From NCBI RefSeq assembly GCF_006345805.1, contig NW_021830461.1, forward strand, positions 1 to 64,000: DNA of 64,000 bases. Direction: 5' to 3'. The notes under the pieces are model-generated. The model saw only the letters and a program-made list of their open reading frames with translations, searched no databases and had not been told where the DNA came from. This stretch comes from Octopus sinensis (taxonomy: Eukaryota). Shown here piece after piece: positions 11,641-33,799 of the stretch (its first letter is position 1; each line of letters starts with the position of its first letter). Both the position numbers and the translations under genes were made by a program.

Positions 11641-13190
11641 TCACTGATTAGTATTAATGTAAAGAAGGTTAGTTAGTTTAGACAAACGGAGATAAAAATA
11701 AAATGAGCAAAAACAATAAATTTCCAGCAGTCGAAATAAGCCCGAGAACATACATTTCAGCTCTAAAATTAAATAAACAATTGATACGCTAAGCTCGAAC
11801 ATAGATTGCATCTCAGCTCTTGGAACTTAGATGGAAGTCCTTTGCAGCTTAAAAGTAATTTAACGTTGCTTATAAATTGTGATGCTGTTTGGTTAAGATT
11901 AGTAGCTGAACTTTTCATTGAATTCTAATATTTATGTTTATGCAACCGACCAATAATTTTGTTTTAATATTTAAACAGTCTGCGTAAACAGTTGTCTGTG
12001 GAGAGCATGTAATGTTTAACGGTGGAAAATATTTATTTGTATCAAAGTTCATCGCCGATTTAATCTAAAATAAAAATATAATTATAACTATTGGGTTAGG
12101 GTTAGCCGGATCACATTTTATAATATTAGTGATTTCGCTTACATCTAGATTTAATATTATAAAAAGTACTAAATGACTTTACAATTGAATCTATTTGAGG
12201 GCAACCACGTGTTAAAATCTATAAATGATTTAGAAAATGCAACCATTGGAATTGCTAGAAATAATATAGTGATAAGAAGCGATAGTAGTGAAACTGTTGA
12301 CATTAAACTGGAAAGTCTGCAATAAAATCCACTTATTCTGTACATTTTAAAAACAGTTTTATTCAAGCTCCACGAGAATATTGCAATTAAAAATGTTAGG
12401 ACTGAAGAAAGACCGAATATCGTCAAAATTGAGGGAATTCTTACCAATAATCACACATTTCTTACATGTATTTTTTAATGTATAGATTAGCCAATTCTCT
12501 CTTATCCTCATATTTTGTCAAGTCAAATTGGTCTATAAATATTCCAGAGATAGGATTTTTAAAATTTTGAATATTGTTTTTAATGTCTTGTATAAAGTCA
12601 CTTTGGTTAGTTATTGCAAGCATTCTGACATAATTGGGATCATTTTTCAGACTCGTAAGGTTACTGTCAAAACCAATGAGATTTTTATTTATTTCATTAA
12701 TCGTTCGTGTCTTAATAGTAGTATTAAATTTACCATATTGTTTTTAAAATTATTCAGACTGCTGACCGCAGATGTGTATGGTTTTTGGTAATTTATAATT
12801 TCTTTCTGAAAAAATACAACGAGTACAGTCGCGTAAATGAACAATGCTCTATAATTCAAATAACTACCATTAACTACGTTGTTCCTAAAAATAGCATCGG
12901 AGTCAAACAACGCCGAAATTTATTGTCCTTTTTCCCCACCTTGTTTCCAAAGCAAGAAAATATTGTTGTTAACAGGATAATTATCATCCCAGTCAAAAAA
13001 GGGATAACTCCCCATACTCCAACAGTCTATAGCAATTTAACGCTCCAAAATGAAATACGATTATTTCAGGGAGTGAGTAGTTGTTCAGCCCTATTTTTTG
13101 TAAACCTTTTCCAATTTGATCCGAAGGTATGATATCTGGAAATTTCAATGTTGTGTCAAGAATTGTTTGTCGAGAACAGTTTTGAGCCAT
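11641..13190 (-). CDS. Divergent Tweety (TTYH)-like five-TM membrane protein
   Basis: Splicing of 23-32-nt introns yields five hydrophobic segments plus NYIKCDPANPNPI and CKGL....ELRCNLC preceding the last TM, as in Tweety proteins. Confidence 0.55.
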
Positions 13191-13394
13191 TATTAAAAAA
13201 TCCGGCTTTCAAAATTTTAAATATTAACTACCGCAAAAAAGCTGAAACCAAACAATTATATGGTAAATTAATTAATCAATAATTTAAAAATTGGTTTCGT
13301 CAATCTCAAAAAAAATTTTAAATAAAAATATTAACTTACAAAAATCTATATTAGTAAGACGAGTATATTTCTAAAAAATAAATTTTTAAGAATT

Positions 13395-13610
13395 TGGCGA
13401 AATTGCTTGAAAAAGTGACGGAATTGCTTGGAAAAGTAGCGAATTTGCTTGAAACAATAAACCGATAATCTTCTAATGCACGAAATTGCTTGAAAAAGTG
13501 GCAGAATTGCTTGAAACGAAAAGCCAATAATCTACTTTACACGAAATTGCGTGAAAAAGTTGCGAAATTGCTTGCAAAAGTGGCGAAAAAGTGTGGAAAA
13601 CCCGATAATA
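13395..13610 (+). repeat. Minisatellite of ~21-bp units (GCGAAATTGCTTGAAAAAGTG) with higher-order spacers
   Basis: About seven imperfect units punctuated by AACCGATAATC-like spacers. Confidence 0.85.
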
Positions 13611-13639
13611 ATTGATTATTGAGAAAAAAAATTAAGTTA

Positions 13640-14085
13640 GGAATGGGCAGAGGGGAAGCTCCGGGGGGCTAAAGCACGCACCCTCCTGCGGAAAGTACCG
13701 CATGCGTGTTGCCACGGAGAATGGCGATGGATATCCGCTGCAATAGCCACGAAACCTCGCGTGGCTCTTTCATCCTGTGGGCCAATTTCCTCCCGATGTC
13801 GCTGATGAAGGCCGAGGTTAGAGACCCTGCGACGCCCGATGTCTCCAAAGCGATTGGTACGAATATAAAACGGCATCCAAGTTCCTGGTATTTTTTAATT
13901 TTGGCCGTCTCAGCCTTTTCCGCAGCGGACCCGGGGGAAGTGACAGATGACATGATTGTTGATGGAGAGAAAGAATCGATGCACGTAGCATCCCAGACGA
14001 TGCACTTGCCGTCCCGAAAAGGAAAGATTGTCATTCCGTCTGGGCGTTTGCCGTCACCACGGTCCAATCCGACAGGCTCAAGTTG
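13640..14085 (-). mobile_element. CRE-like retrotransposon 3' fragment (RLE)
   Basis: EPVGLDRGDGKRPDGMTIFP..G.CIVWDATCID...WLLQRISIAILRGN. Confidence 0.85.
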
Positions 14086-14089
14086 TGAA

Positions 14090-14765
14090 TATAAACATAA
14101 ATCCAGTTTTTATCAAAAAATTGTCGAACCGATTGGTTCTCCATTATCCATATGATTGTAATTTTCAAATACCCATCTTGAAATACCTTAAATTACGATA
14201 CTTTAAAATAATCGAAGGCTCTTTTATCCCGTATAAATGCATCTGAGCAAGACGCAATTGAAGATGTTTTGTTTTCCATATTCGTCAATTTTATTATTCA
14301 ATTGAATTAAAAACTCATTAATCATAGATCTGCACATGAAACTTTTTCTCTCTCGCCAAATTTTTGAACTTAAGTTCAGGTCTTAATTAAAAATTTTGCA
14401 GCTATCTATTTAAAGCTTTAAAATTTTGAAGTAAGATTATAAATGCAACTTTCAGTCATAATAAAATGTTTTTAAAAATTACAATAATACCGATTTTTTG
14501 GATTAAAAGTCCGGAAATTAAAAAATTTTGTTTTCTTAGGTGTTGAAATACATCCAAGAGTTTTGAATCCAACAGTTTATGCTTTTCATTATTGACTGAC
14601 TCTGAAGTTTCTGCATTTGAATTAATTTGTCTGTTTTTTATCAATGGAATAATGTTTCTCTAAATTCAAGAGATTGTTCCGATACTTGTGTGAAACATTC
14701 TAGCGAGTTATCGAATTGAATGCTCCTTTTTTGGAAGAAGTTTAGCAATTTCAATTTTTCATTGT
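14090..14765 (-). mobile_element. Degenerate pogo/Tigger-like transposase N-terminal fragment
   Basis: CENP-B HTH-like LDSKLLDVFQHLRKQNFLISGLLIQK. Confidence 0.45.
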
Positions 14766-15326
14766 AGTTTAAGCCCATAGAAGGTAAAAACTGTGAAATT
14801 CACTTTTAAATTAAAATAATCAAAAGCGTTCCAAAGCGAGATCCTTTTTTCTAAGGATTTTATAAATTTTCTAACAAAAGTCTCTGAGTGTTCCGAATCC
14901 CGAGAATGTATCAAAAACAGAAGTTTTCCATCCCGAGGTCCGTTCCAAAAAGAGGTACGATTGTGCTTTGTTATTAGCCGACCCGGAAAGTATATGATTT
15001 CAGCTGAAAAACTAACAAATTTGTATTTTAACATGTTTCACGTAGCATGTATTAAATCGCAACATGCACATTTGATTCGAAATTGTGCTTTAAAAATAAA
15101 ATTAAATTGCACTGAGTGGCTAACTTAGTGGGCTTCATAAAAGGACTTGTTCTTAAACACAGTAGTCGAAGACAACTATTTGCTAAAATAGGACTACCTA
15201 ATAAATGGGGAAGCTAGCTCCGGGCGACCAAGTATTATGCTAAACATTGAATTATGATTTTTCGTTGACCAATATTCATTTCTTTAATCCAAAAAAGTGT
15301 GAAATGAGGTTGTGATTTCTGATTAA

Positions 15327-16703
15327 TGAATCGATTAAAATTAGTTTTATCTATTTTATAATTTGTTAGTTAGCCTCATCGTTAACAGGCAAAAAATAAT
15401 CATCAGAACCAAACATATTTTGTCGCGCCCCACGCTGGCGACCAAAGCGACCTTCGTCGATGACAGGGTTGACAGGATGACCTAATATTCAGTCTTGCGC
15501 GATGATTATTTTTTATATTGAGAAGTGCTGAGAAGCCATGTTCGCATAAATATGTTGTCGGGAATATAAGCAACAAATTTAATGCATTTGCGCTTACGGA
15601 AGGATAATGCTTACACATTTCGCACCAAAATCTTGATAAAGCAAGTTTTTCATACAAATCTTTTGCGTTTGAATTATTGATCATGTCAATAAAAGCCTCT
15701 TCGATATTTTCATCGACCAAACGTGGATCAACACTGAATGGTGTACGAATGAATTTCAAATCAATTTCGTTCAATTCTGGAAAGTATTTATTTACTTCTT
15801 GTTGAAGATATGTTAAATGTGCATAAATAAGTTCGGTTATTTTTTTGATTTCAAATGCATCTATATTTACAGATTGTTCTTCAAAAGATTCAAACATAGT
15901 AAAATTATTTAGTTTTAATTTTTCTTTCCACAGTGTTAACTTAATCAAAAAAGCACTATAATTAATATGAAACAGTTAACAAACTTATTTTATCCACAAA
16001 ATCAATTATTGTTTCATGTCTTCCCTGAAGCGATTTGTTGAGTGAATTTATACGAAAGAAGACATCTCTCAAGTAAGCAAGTTTAGATAGCCATGAACTA
16101 TCCATTAATTTCGAAATAAATTCCGATGATTTGGAATTGTTTTCGCGAATAAAATATTCAGATAATTCATTCCTCAAAGAAAAAACTCTGGCAAGAATGT
16201 TTCCCCGAGATAACCATCTCACCTCAGTGTGGAATAACAAAGCCTTTCCATCCTTTTTAAATTCTTCGCAAATAAGTCTGAAAATGCGCAAATTTAAAGC
16301 ACTCTTTTTAATATAATTTATGATATGTACGACATCATCGAGAACATATCTTAAATCTGAAGGTAATGTTTTTGCAGCAAGTGCATATCGATGTAGCATA
16401 CAATGCATATGTTTCGTTTCCTGGTTAGCAAGTCTGACTTGGCCTCTAAAGCCAGAATGAAAGCCAAGCATTGCTGGAGCTACATCGGTTGCGCAACAAC
16501 ATACATTATTCCAAGATAACCCAACACTGTCAAAAAACATAGAAATTGCTTGAAAAATATCTTCTCCTTTAGTGGTCGATTCAAGCGAATAGGAAAATAA
16601 AAATTCCTCTTTAAAATCTCCGTCATAGACATAACGAGCAAATATTATTAATTGAGCACAGTTCGCTAAATCGGTGAATTCATCAACTTGTATAGCGAAA
16701 TTG
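15327..16703 (-). mobile_element. hAT transposase copy B (near-identical to copy A, same non-native 3' end, frameshifted)
   Basis: Near-identical to 8061-9440 including the flank TGAATCGATTAAAATTAG. Confidence 0.9.
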
Positions 16704-16800
16704 TTGACAGTGTTAGGTTATCTTGGAATAATGTATGTTGTTGACAGTGTTGGGTTATCTTGGAATAATGTATGTTGTTGACAGTGTTGGGTTATCTTGG
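16701..16800 (+). repeat. About 2.7 tandem copies of a 37-bp unit that is the reverse complement of 16497-16533
   Basis: TTGACAGTGTTGGGTTATCTTGGAATAATGTATGTTG repeated. Confidence 0.9.
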
Positions 16801-17393
16801 AAAAAATAACCGAACTTATTTATGCACATTTAACATATCTTCAACCAGAAGTAAATAAATACTTTCCAGAATTGAACGAAATTGATTTGAAATTCATTCG
16901 TACACCATTCAGTGTTGATCCACGTTTGGTCGATGAAAATATCGAAGAGGCTTTTATTGACATGATCAATAATTCAAACGCAAAAGATTTGTATGAAAAA
17001 CTTGCTTTATCAAGATTTTGGTGCGAAATGTGTAAGCATTATCCTTCCGTAAGCGCAAATGCATTAAATTTGTTGCTTATATTCCCAACAACATATTTAT
17101 GCGAACATGGCTTCTCAGCACTTCTCAATATAAAAAATAATCATCGCGCAAGACTGAATATTGAAGATGACATCAGGGTATGCTTGTCGACAACCGAGAC
17201 TCTTATTGAAAAAATTGCCTCGAAAAAACAATATCAACCTTCTAACTAATTTTCTCTATTGATTTAATAATAAATTTTGTTTTTAGATAAGTAAAATTTT
17301 TTTGACAAAAAACTTAATAAATATGTAGGGGGTCCGCGAAATTTTTCATTTACTCACAAGGGGTCCGCGGAGAAAAAAGGTTGAGAACCACTG
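16800..17393 (+). mobile_element. hAT copy C: inverted transposase 3' end with native C-terminus and terminal inverted repeat
   Basis: RARLNIEDDIRVCLS...KKQYQPSN; subterminal GGGGTCCGCG twice; ends GGTTGAGAACCACTG (CAGTGGTTCTCAACC TIR). Confidence 0.88.
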
Positions 17394-17549
17394 ATCAAAA
17401 GGTACATTATAAAAATTAACTGAGGTATATATGATTTAATAATATTTATTTTAAAATTAAATTTACTATTAAACAAAATATATTAATAAATAACAATTTT
17501 GTAAAGTTTTCATTCTTTTTCGACAATCTGATTACTTTTGAACATTTAA

Positions 17550-18250
17550 TTTTTAAAATCAGTAATTTAATGTATTTTTCATAAAGATTGTTATTGAAAC
17601 CTTGTTGGATAATTATAAATAAATACTTGCAAAAAGATATGTTTTTTGGCATTCAAAGTTTGGTAATTCTAAAATAGGAGATTTAGATAGGATATAAATT
17701 AGTGCTCGTGAATCTCTGGAGCAATTGGCTAAAAGAGAAACTATAGATTGGTTAAATTCTTTATTCAAGCATCTATTTTGGAGGCAATTCCCAATCTTCA
17801 TTATATATAAATTATAAAAAATACGAACATAAAATATAGAAGAAAAGTTATTTTTGCAAGTTATCTGTACGGCGTCTTCGTGCGTGACTATTAACTCAGA
17901 TCTATAAAAAATATATATTCATTTACTTGTTGATCATTTTATCCCAGTCAATATTATGAATTTTTTTACATAAAATTAATTTGTATATTGAAATGAGAAG
18001 TAGAAACATTGAACTCAAGATAGACTTATCGTATTCTTAATTAATATATACGATTGTACGATACTTAAGTGTTTATTTCTAAAAAGTTATCCTTTAATGT
18101 TTAGTACATTGATTGTTTTCACTCATTTCATTAAAGCAGTTTAAAATACATTACTGTCAATCATTCAGTTGCATAAAATCATTTAGACACTTAGATTCAT
18201 CTTATTAGATTTAGCAGGTGATTAAAATCGAATTTTAAATAGACTCAAGT
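17550..18250 (-). CDS. Putative orphan multi-exon gene; boundaries approximate
   Basis: Open segments separated by 25-30-nt GT..AG introns; no recognisable motif. Confidence 0.3.
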
Positions 18251-18477
18251 GGGTTGATTGTGTTTTTATCGATAAACTTAATGGAATTATGGATTTATAG
18301 TTTATTTAAAATTTTAATAAAGTTCAAAATTTTTATGGAAAAATAATTCAACTTATTCTCCCGATTTGCAAAAATAAACTTAGCTTTCAAAAATATAAGA
18401 AATTAGTACATAGTTTAAAACCTAATTAAAATCAACAAATTCTTATTTTATTAAACATTTTCAAAAATTATTAAATG

Positions 18478-19417
18478 TTATTCAAGTGGAGGTGGTTCAG
18501 AATTGTTGTTATAATCGTTTTTTTCAACTTTTTTGGTGTTTGGAGTTGAATGCGACGTTATGCTAACAATGTCATTCAATGAAACAGATTGAGATTTGTA
18601 TGTCGTGATATTTTTTGGCTCAATTTTTCTATTTTCATAGTTAATACTTTAATTTAAATATTTATTTTTAAAACTAAATTCTTACTTTGTGATATTATTC
18701 AACTTGTTATTGTTTTCTCTTGAACTTTTAGTTATGATATTTTCGCACTTAGGAAATATTTAGAATTGAAAATTACTTTGGGCATAGTTATACTAAGATA
18801 CCCGGATGTTTTCGAACGCTGACATGTTGATCGAGTTGGAGAAATTTCCATTCCCAAAGAAAGCTGAAATACCTATTCAAAAATATAAGAATACAATATC
18901 ATCAAAAACCTTTCCTTTAATTAAAACACGAACATATTTTGGCTGGATGTCCACATTAATTAATGAACTATCCAGATACCTTTTTGTTCGATTAGTCATT
19001 AAAAATATTACTTGTATAATTTCATATCAAGGATTAAACAATTGTCATCATCTGTCAGTTTAAAGTCAATTCTTAAAATAATATTGATACAATTTGTTTA
19101 CTTGGATTCGTTTATGTTCATAGGTCGACCGTCAGGCATAAAATATGAGCGGGGTCGTTTTTCCTTTATTTTATGTTCTAAATCTTAATCACAGATATTC
19201 AATGTACATTACCATTTGCTTTTTCTTTATCTTTTTGAATTTGTTGATGAATCCGAATTCGAGATTCCGGTGTATATTCTTCTTTTTCTTCATTACTTAT
19301 AAAATTTTTTTTTATTATAAATTACTCTGAATTTAGAATTGGCCTCACTTCTTTGCAATCAGATTTACTATTTGAATTAGACTCCAGATTTTTTTACCTT
19401 TTCTCTTTCTCTTTTTG
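18478..19417 (-). CDS. DNAAF11: Dynein axonemal assembly factor 11 (LRRC6), C-terminal half only; LRRs absent
   Basis: Spliced YTPESRIRI...[58 protein letters not shown]...RSKTSGYLSITMPK...EPPPLE stop. Confidence 0.85.
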
Positions 19418-28960
<9,543 letters not shown>

Positions 28961-29561
28961 TTAACCACTAACATTTCTAATATTTTAACATCTACTAAAT
29001 TTTTAATTCCACTTCAAGAAATACTCTATATTGCACTAGAACGCAAGGATTTTACTCAAATCCATATTCTCAGTATTTTAACAATAGCTTGCTTCTAAAT
29101 GTTGATAAAATTGGTTACATTTTTTGTGCATTTCGCTCACGTAGTTTATATTTCAATAAGTCGAAAACCGGAAGAACAATTTATTAAACAAAAATTAGTA
29201 TTTCTGTATAGTGAATTCAACTCAAGTATTGAATAAAAAAATTGTTTTGAATCTAAGTTTTAGAACTTACCAATGAGAATGATTATGTTTCTGTCAATTT
29301 AGGGCTAATTTTTATTTAAATCTTAAGAAAATAACAGCTAAGAGTTAATATAGCTCGAAGCATGAACATCAGACACAATTTCTAAAATGGTCTCAAACTT
29401 TGAATATAATAAATCGTCTAGAAACGATCCTTTCTTAAGATTATACTAAGATAATAGCAAAATTAAGATTTAATAAAATTAAAGTAATAATATTTTACAA
29501 TCGAGAACGTTTTGAAGGAGCTTCATCGTTGATAAAAGAATTATATTCTCTTAAATAATCC

Positions 29562-30257
29562 GGTACTTTTGTCGAAGTGGTCGCAGTTTTTTAGGCCTTT
29601 TAAAAAATCTAATAATTTTTGAGGTGGAATATATTATATTTTATTTAAGTCGCTCTATCAATAATTTAAAATATTATTAACAGAAAATGCACTGCATCCT
29701 CCTTACTTATTGGGAGCTGTCGGAATTTGATGTTGCATAAGTCCACAACAGAATTTTCCATGTGACCTATAGTGCCAGTTTATATCAATATTAGGTACAT
29801 GCTCGCCATAATATTAAACAAAATTAGAAAATAAATTAGTAAAAAATTTAATAATATTTTAAATTATTGATAGAGCGACTTAAATAAAATATAATATATT
29901 CCACCTCAAAAATTATTAGATTTTTTAAAAGGCCTAAAAAAACTGCGACCACTTCGACAAAAGTACCGGTTTTTTTAGTTAGTTATTTTTTCAGAATTTA
30001 TGTGGCGAAAACAAATACAGAACTATAAGGAATCTTTTGCACAGATTGTAAAAGACATAAATTCCTTCTACAGTCCTGGAATTTGGATGCCGCGTACTAA
30101 AAATGACTAAATTGGTTAAATAAATTTTTAAATAATTTTAATAACCATTTAAATTATTGATAGAGGGTTATAAATTAAATAATCTATTTTTCACTAAAAA
30201 AATTAATTAATTTTAATTATCTTCAAAAAAAACTGCGACCACTTCGACAAAAGTACC
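29562..30257. mobile_element. Non-autonomous Merlin-like DNA transposon with an extra internal TIR
   Basis: Termini GGTACTTTTGTCGAAGTGGTCGCAG / CTGCGACCACTTCGACAAAAGTACC; 8-bp TSD AATAATCC at 29554-29561 and 30258-30265; internal inverted TIR copy at 29848-29967. Confidence 0.75.
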
Positions 30258-30339
30258 AATAATCCTCATAAGTCTAGGACAAAAAACAACAACCAACCCC
30301 ATTCTGGATTGTTTCTTTGCTCACTCCATATCTATTTTC

Positions 30340-31212
30340 GGATGAGTTATTATGCATTCTACGCCAATGAATTAGGAAAATATACAATGCCTGATGTTTT
30401 AATTGTTGTTCATAACATGTATAAAGACGTAAAATTGACTTTTTGGAATCTCTCGTGGTTTCATCGAGTTTGACCGAACGATCAATTGGGAAAAGGCAAC
30501 ACAGAGCGATTCCAACTGAAGGTTCTACCTCCTGAATAATTTATAATGAAAATACTGACTTGTCCATCTCTAGCATATTTGACTGGGCGGTTCTCATTCC
30601 ACGGATTGCGGAGATGCATTGTATCGTGGAATGGAATTTCAAGTCTGCAAATCCAATCTATTTTAAAAACTCCGTTCAAAGATTTTGCAGGCATGTGAGG
30701 AGGAAGTAGCCAGTCAACTGGAGGCACATCAAATCGAGCCACTGAGCCCAATCTGGCAAATCCATGGAAACGTCCGCTTTCTGTAACAGAGAACAAGAGA
30801 ATAACGTTCGGACATTCCTAGTATTCAAGTAATCTAGAAAAAATATAACCATAAAAGCGTTCGAAAGCCGTGTCTGATTAGCAGGCATCGTAGACCAGAC
30901 GTTCAGCTCTTTTGCCAATTCGACGTTTTTACTGTTGCAGCTTTTCATTATAAAAAATCTGGCGCCCGTAAATACAAACTTTGCGTATTCAAGATAATCT
31001 GAATTATTATACATAAATGAAACTCGTGGCTAAAGAACTGTCCATTTCTCTATCTTGATCAAGCATCTTTTCAAGAGAGATTGACCCTGCTCCAATTGAT
31101 TCTATTTTATTTTCAGCTACTTTTGTAGCAGAAAAATCAACAATTTCTATTTCTATAATTTAGTTATTATCAATATATAAAAAGTAATAAGAAGAAGCAC
31201 ACCATCTGACAT
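30340..31212 (-). CDS. YTH-domain m6A reader, YTHDC1-like (3' end approximate)
   Basis: [63 protein letters not shown]. Confidence 0.85.
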
Positions 31213-31329
31213 AGACCAGTAGATTTTTAAATTAAATTGATTATTAACAAAATTTATGTAATCATAAATTATATAAGGCGATTTATGTTTTAAAAAAATA
31301 ATTTGTGCTGTCTAAAGCTTTATGAATAC

Positions 31330-31900
31330 GGTATGCTAATGTCAGTTGGCAAAATCCGGTTAGAAGAAAGCTACGAGATGAAACCTTTTATAGGATTTGG
31401 ACTGGTTATTTGATATCTAAGATTCGTGGAAAATGTCATACAAGGAAAAAAGTGCAGTACTCTCACTCTCAGGATTTCGGATATATCGGCTTTTTTTGTA
31501 AGAATCAAAACAGATTTCTAATCTGCGGTGGAGCAAATAGGATGTCCAAATGTAAAAATGATGATATCTTTTACGTTAACTCTTGATTGGATGACTACAG
31601 AGGCAATTGTGGTGGATAGCCAAAATTTACAGACTAACAATATAAAGAAAACTAAAATTAGAGAAACGAAAAAATTGCTAATTGGAGATAATAAAATGAC
31701 AAAATTAAAAACTAAAGTTTCACGACGCTTCGTTGATTTGAAATCCAAAGTTGTAAACCGAACGGAACCGCGGACGTTTAGGGTTGGAGAATAAAAATAT
31801 CAACTTCGCTTGAAATTAATTATTCTGCATCAAGCAAAGGAGATAGACTTTGTTTTTTTTCATGGCCCAAAACATGAGAAAAATGTGTGAGTTTCCTTAT
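31330..31900 (+). mobile_element. Possible degenerate LTR-retrotransposon integrase C-terminal remnant
   Basis: NRTEPRTFRVGE...FHGP (GPY/F-like) remnant. Confidence 0.3.
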
Positions 31901-32269
31901 GTTGAGCGCAATATAGTAAAGTACCATATTCCCCAAAATATTGATATAATCGAGCCGAGAGTAAAACCGAGTCTAGTCTGAAACCATCACAGCTCGCTAT
32001 AAAATAATCATCGTTAAAATAATTATGTTAGCCTAATGGCCCAAATGAGGATGGTGGGTATTTCGAAAGCTAGAAAAAGAAAACTTAAAATTTCATTCCT
32101 ATTGACGGAAAGCTATATCTGCGAAATACTAATCGACTTCACAAGCTTGTTATAGCTTAAACAAGCACAGAAGAAATGAAAATAATTGTTCAAGAAATCC
32201 ACGAAATAAACCATTGTGGGCATAATGCTCTGGATGCACTTTGCAGAAGGAGATATTTTGCAATTAAGC

Positions 32270-33700
32270 GGTGAGTGCAATATGGTTTCATTCTCGACTC
32301 GCGACATATTATGGATCACCGGTGACTTTTTCCATAAGTGACCCGATGTGTCGGAGCAGACTACAAGTGGAAGGCCCTTGTATTTCAGATTTTTCGACTA
32401 CCAGCAGGACAAATACTCTGTCAATCCCGAAATTAGGCAGGAAAAGGGTCAATCCAGTGATACAAATATGTTTTGGGCAGGAAAAGGGTTCACGTACGTG
32501 ACATCCCAAACCAGACACTGTTCTTTTTGAAAAGGAAAGGTTGTCATCCCGCTAGGCCTTCCACCGTTTTCTGAAAAGATCTCGACAGGTTCCAGTTGAG
32601 AGTGAAATCCAGAAATACGTAGTGACCGTGGATGATCGAGTTTCGTTTCTATGCCGTGAAAAGCGTCCAATTATGTTTAGACATAAGAGAGCATGGTAGC
32701 TAAGCTCGTCTGTTAGTACGCCACCTCAGCATTGTTGTATGGTCGATTAGGTAATGAGGGAGAACAAAGTCAATTAATTCTCTGGAAAGAGCACTGCGGA
32801 GAAGTATTCTGCGTGGGTTCTGTTAGCTGAGGTAGTCAGACCGATGCTTACAAGATAAACTAATATAATAAATTGTCTTCAGGGCTGTGCGTCAAAGCAA
32901 TTTCATAATGCTTTCTTCGCATCTCTTCATACGTTCAGTGTAAAATTTTTTAGTACGCTGGTTACTTTATACCGTGGGCAGGATTGAACCTTTCCTAAGG
33001 ATCTCCGTCGCTTGCAAAGTGCATCGGGGATCATGGGAATTAACTAGTTTACCCTGTTCCTTTGGTTAATAAATGTCTTAATGTCTTGACTGTTCTCAAC
33101 ATATAGGCAAGCTTTGGGATAGATACGAAATTCATCGGAAAAAGAGTCAAATGTGGATAGCGACATAGCGTAACTCTTTGAAAAGGTTGGAAAATTCGGA
33201 GACCCTATCATTTATGACAGGCCCCCATCTCAAATATAGGGGATCCAAAAAAGATCAAGCTTTCCTTAGAGAGACTTGCATATAAGTAGCAGTTTGTCGA
33301 ATTCTGTACGGCATTTTTCAAGATAAATTCGTTGTGTTGATATTCACAATTTCGCAGTTCCTGCAGTTGAATTCGAGCCCGAGAGCTCGAAGACTTAACA
33401 CGGGTGCTTAAACGTTCTCGTGATGGTTTCGGAAGTTTTTCCAATTGCACTGTCGTCCAAATACCATAGGTTAAGATCTGTTTGATAGGATCTTACAGTT
33501 TTGTTGACTACAATGGAGATAAAATGGCCTCAGGGCGTCGCCTTGTTGTGGACTCGGTTATTTTATGTCACAAATCTGCGTGCAGAATGCTTAGAGTATG
33601 CTAGGCAAACGATTGGCAGGGTACGTGAAATTCCTTTGGCGCGGTTTCGCGGATAAAATCTCTTCTCAGGAATTGATTGGGTTCTTCAATTCAATCTTTG
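32270..33700 (-). mobile_element. Degenerate CRE-like retrotransposon
   Basis: QLEPVEI..GGRPSGMTTFPFQK.QCLVWDVTYV; decayed RT upstream. Confidence 0.6.
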
Positions 33701-33799
33701 CGTTCCAGTCAAAAAAGAAGTGAACTCGGGCAGTTGAAAATTCCTCAAAATTATTATTAGAACTTTCACAAGAGTCATAATGTTTATAACCCCGCATGT

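Noticed and set aside
12091-12105. TTGGGTTAGGGTTAG telomere-like sequence
   Set aside because: Only about two units, and it is the antisense of coding sequence (ANPNP) in the Tweety-like gene.
13706-14155. Antisense ORFs over CRE fragments (also 521-754, 36077-36379, 53974-54231)
   Set aside because: Shadow ORFs of GC-richer retroelement coding sequence.
16701-16800. 37-bp repeats resembling a CRISPR array
   Set aside because: No spacers; the unit is copied from the neighbouring transposase; eukaryotic context.
29562-30257. Repeated upstream elements of snRNA/SL-RNA genes
   Set aside because: No recognisable snRNA or Sm site; the TSD and GGTAC termini favour a transposon.
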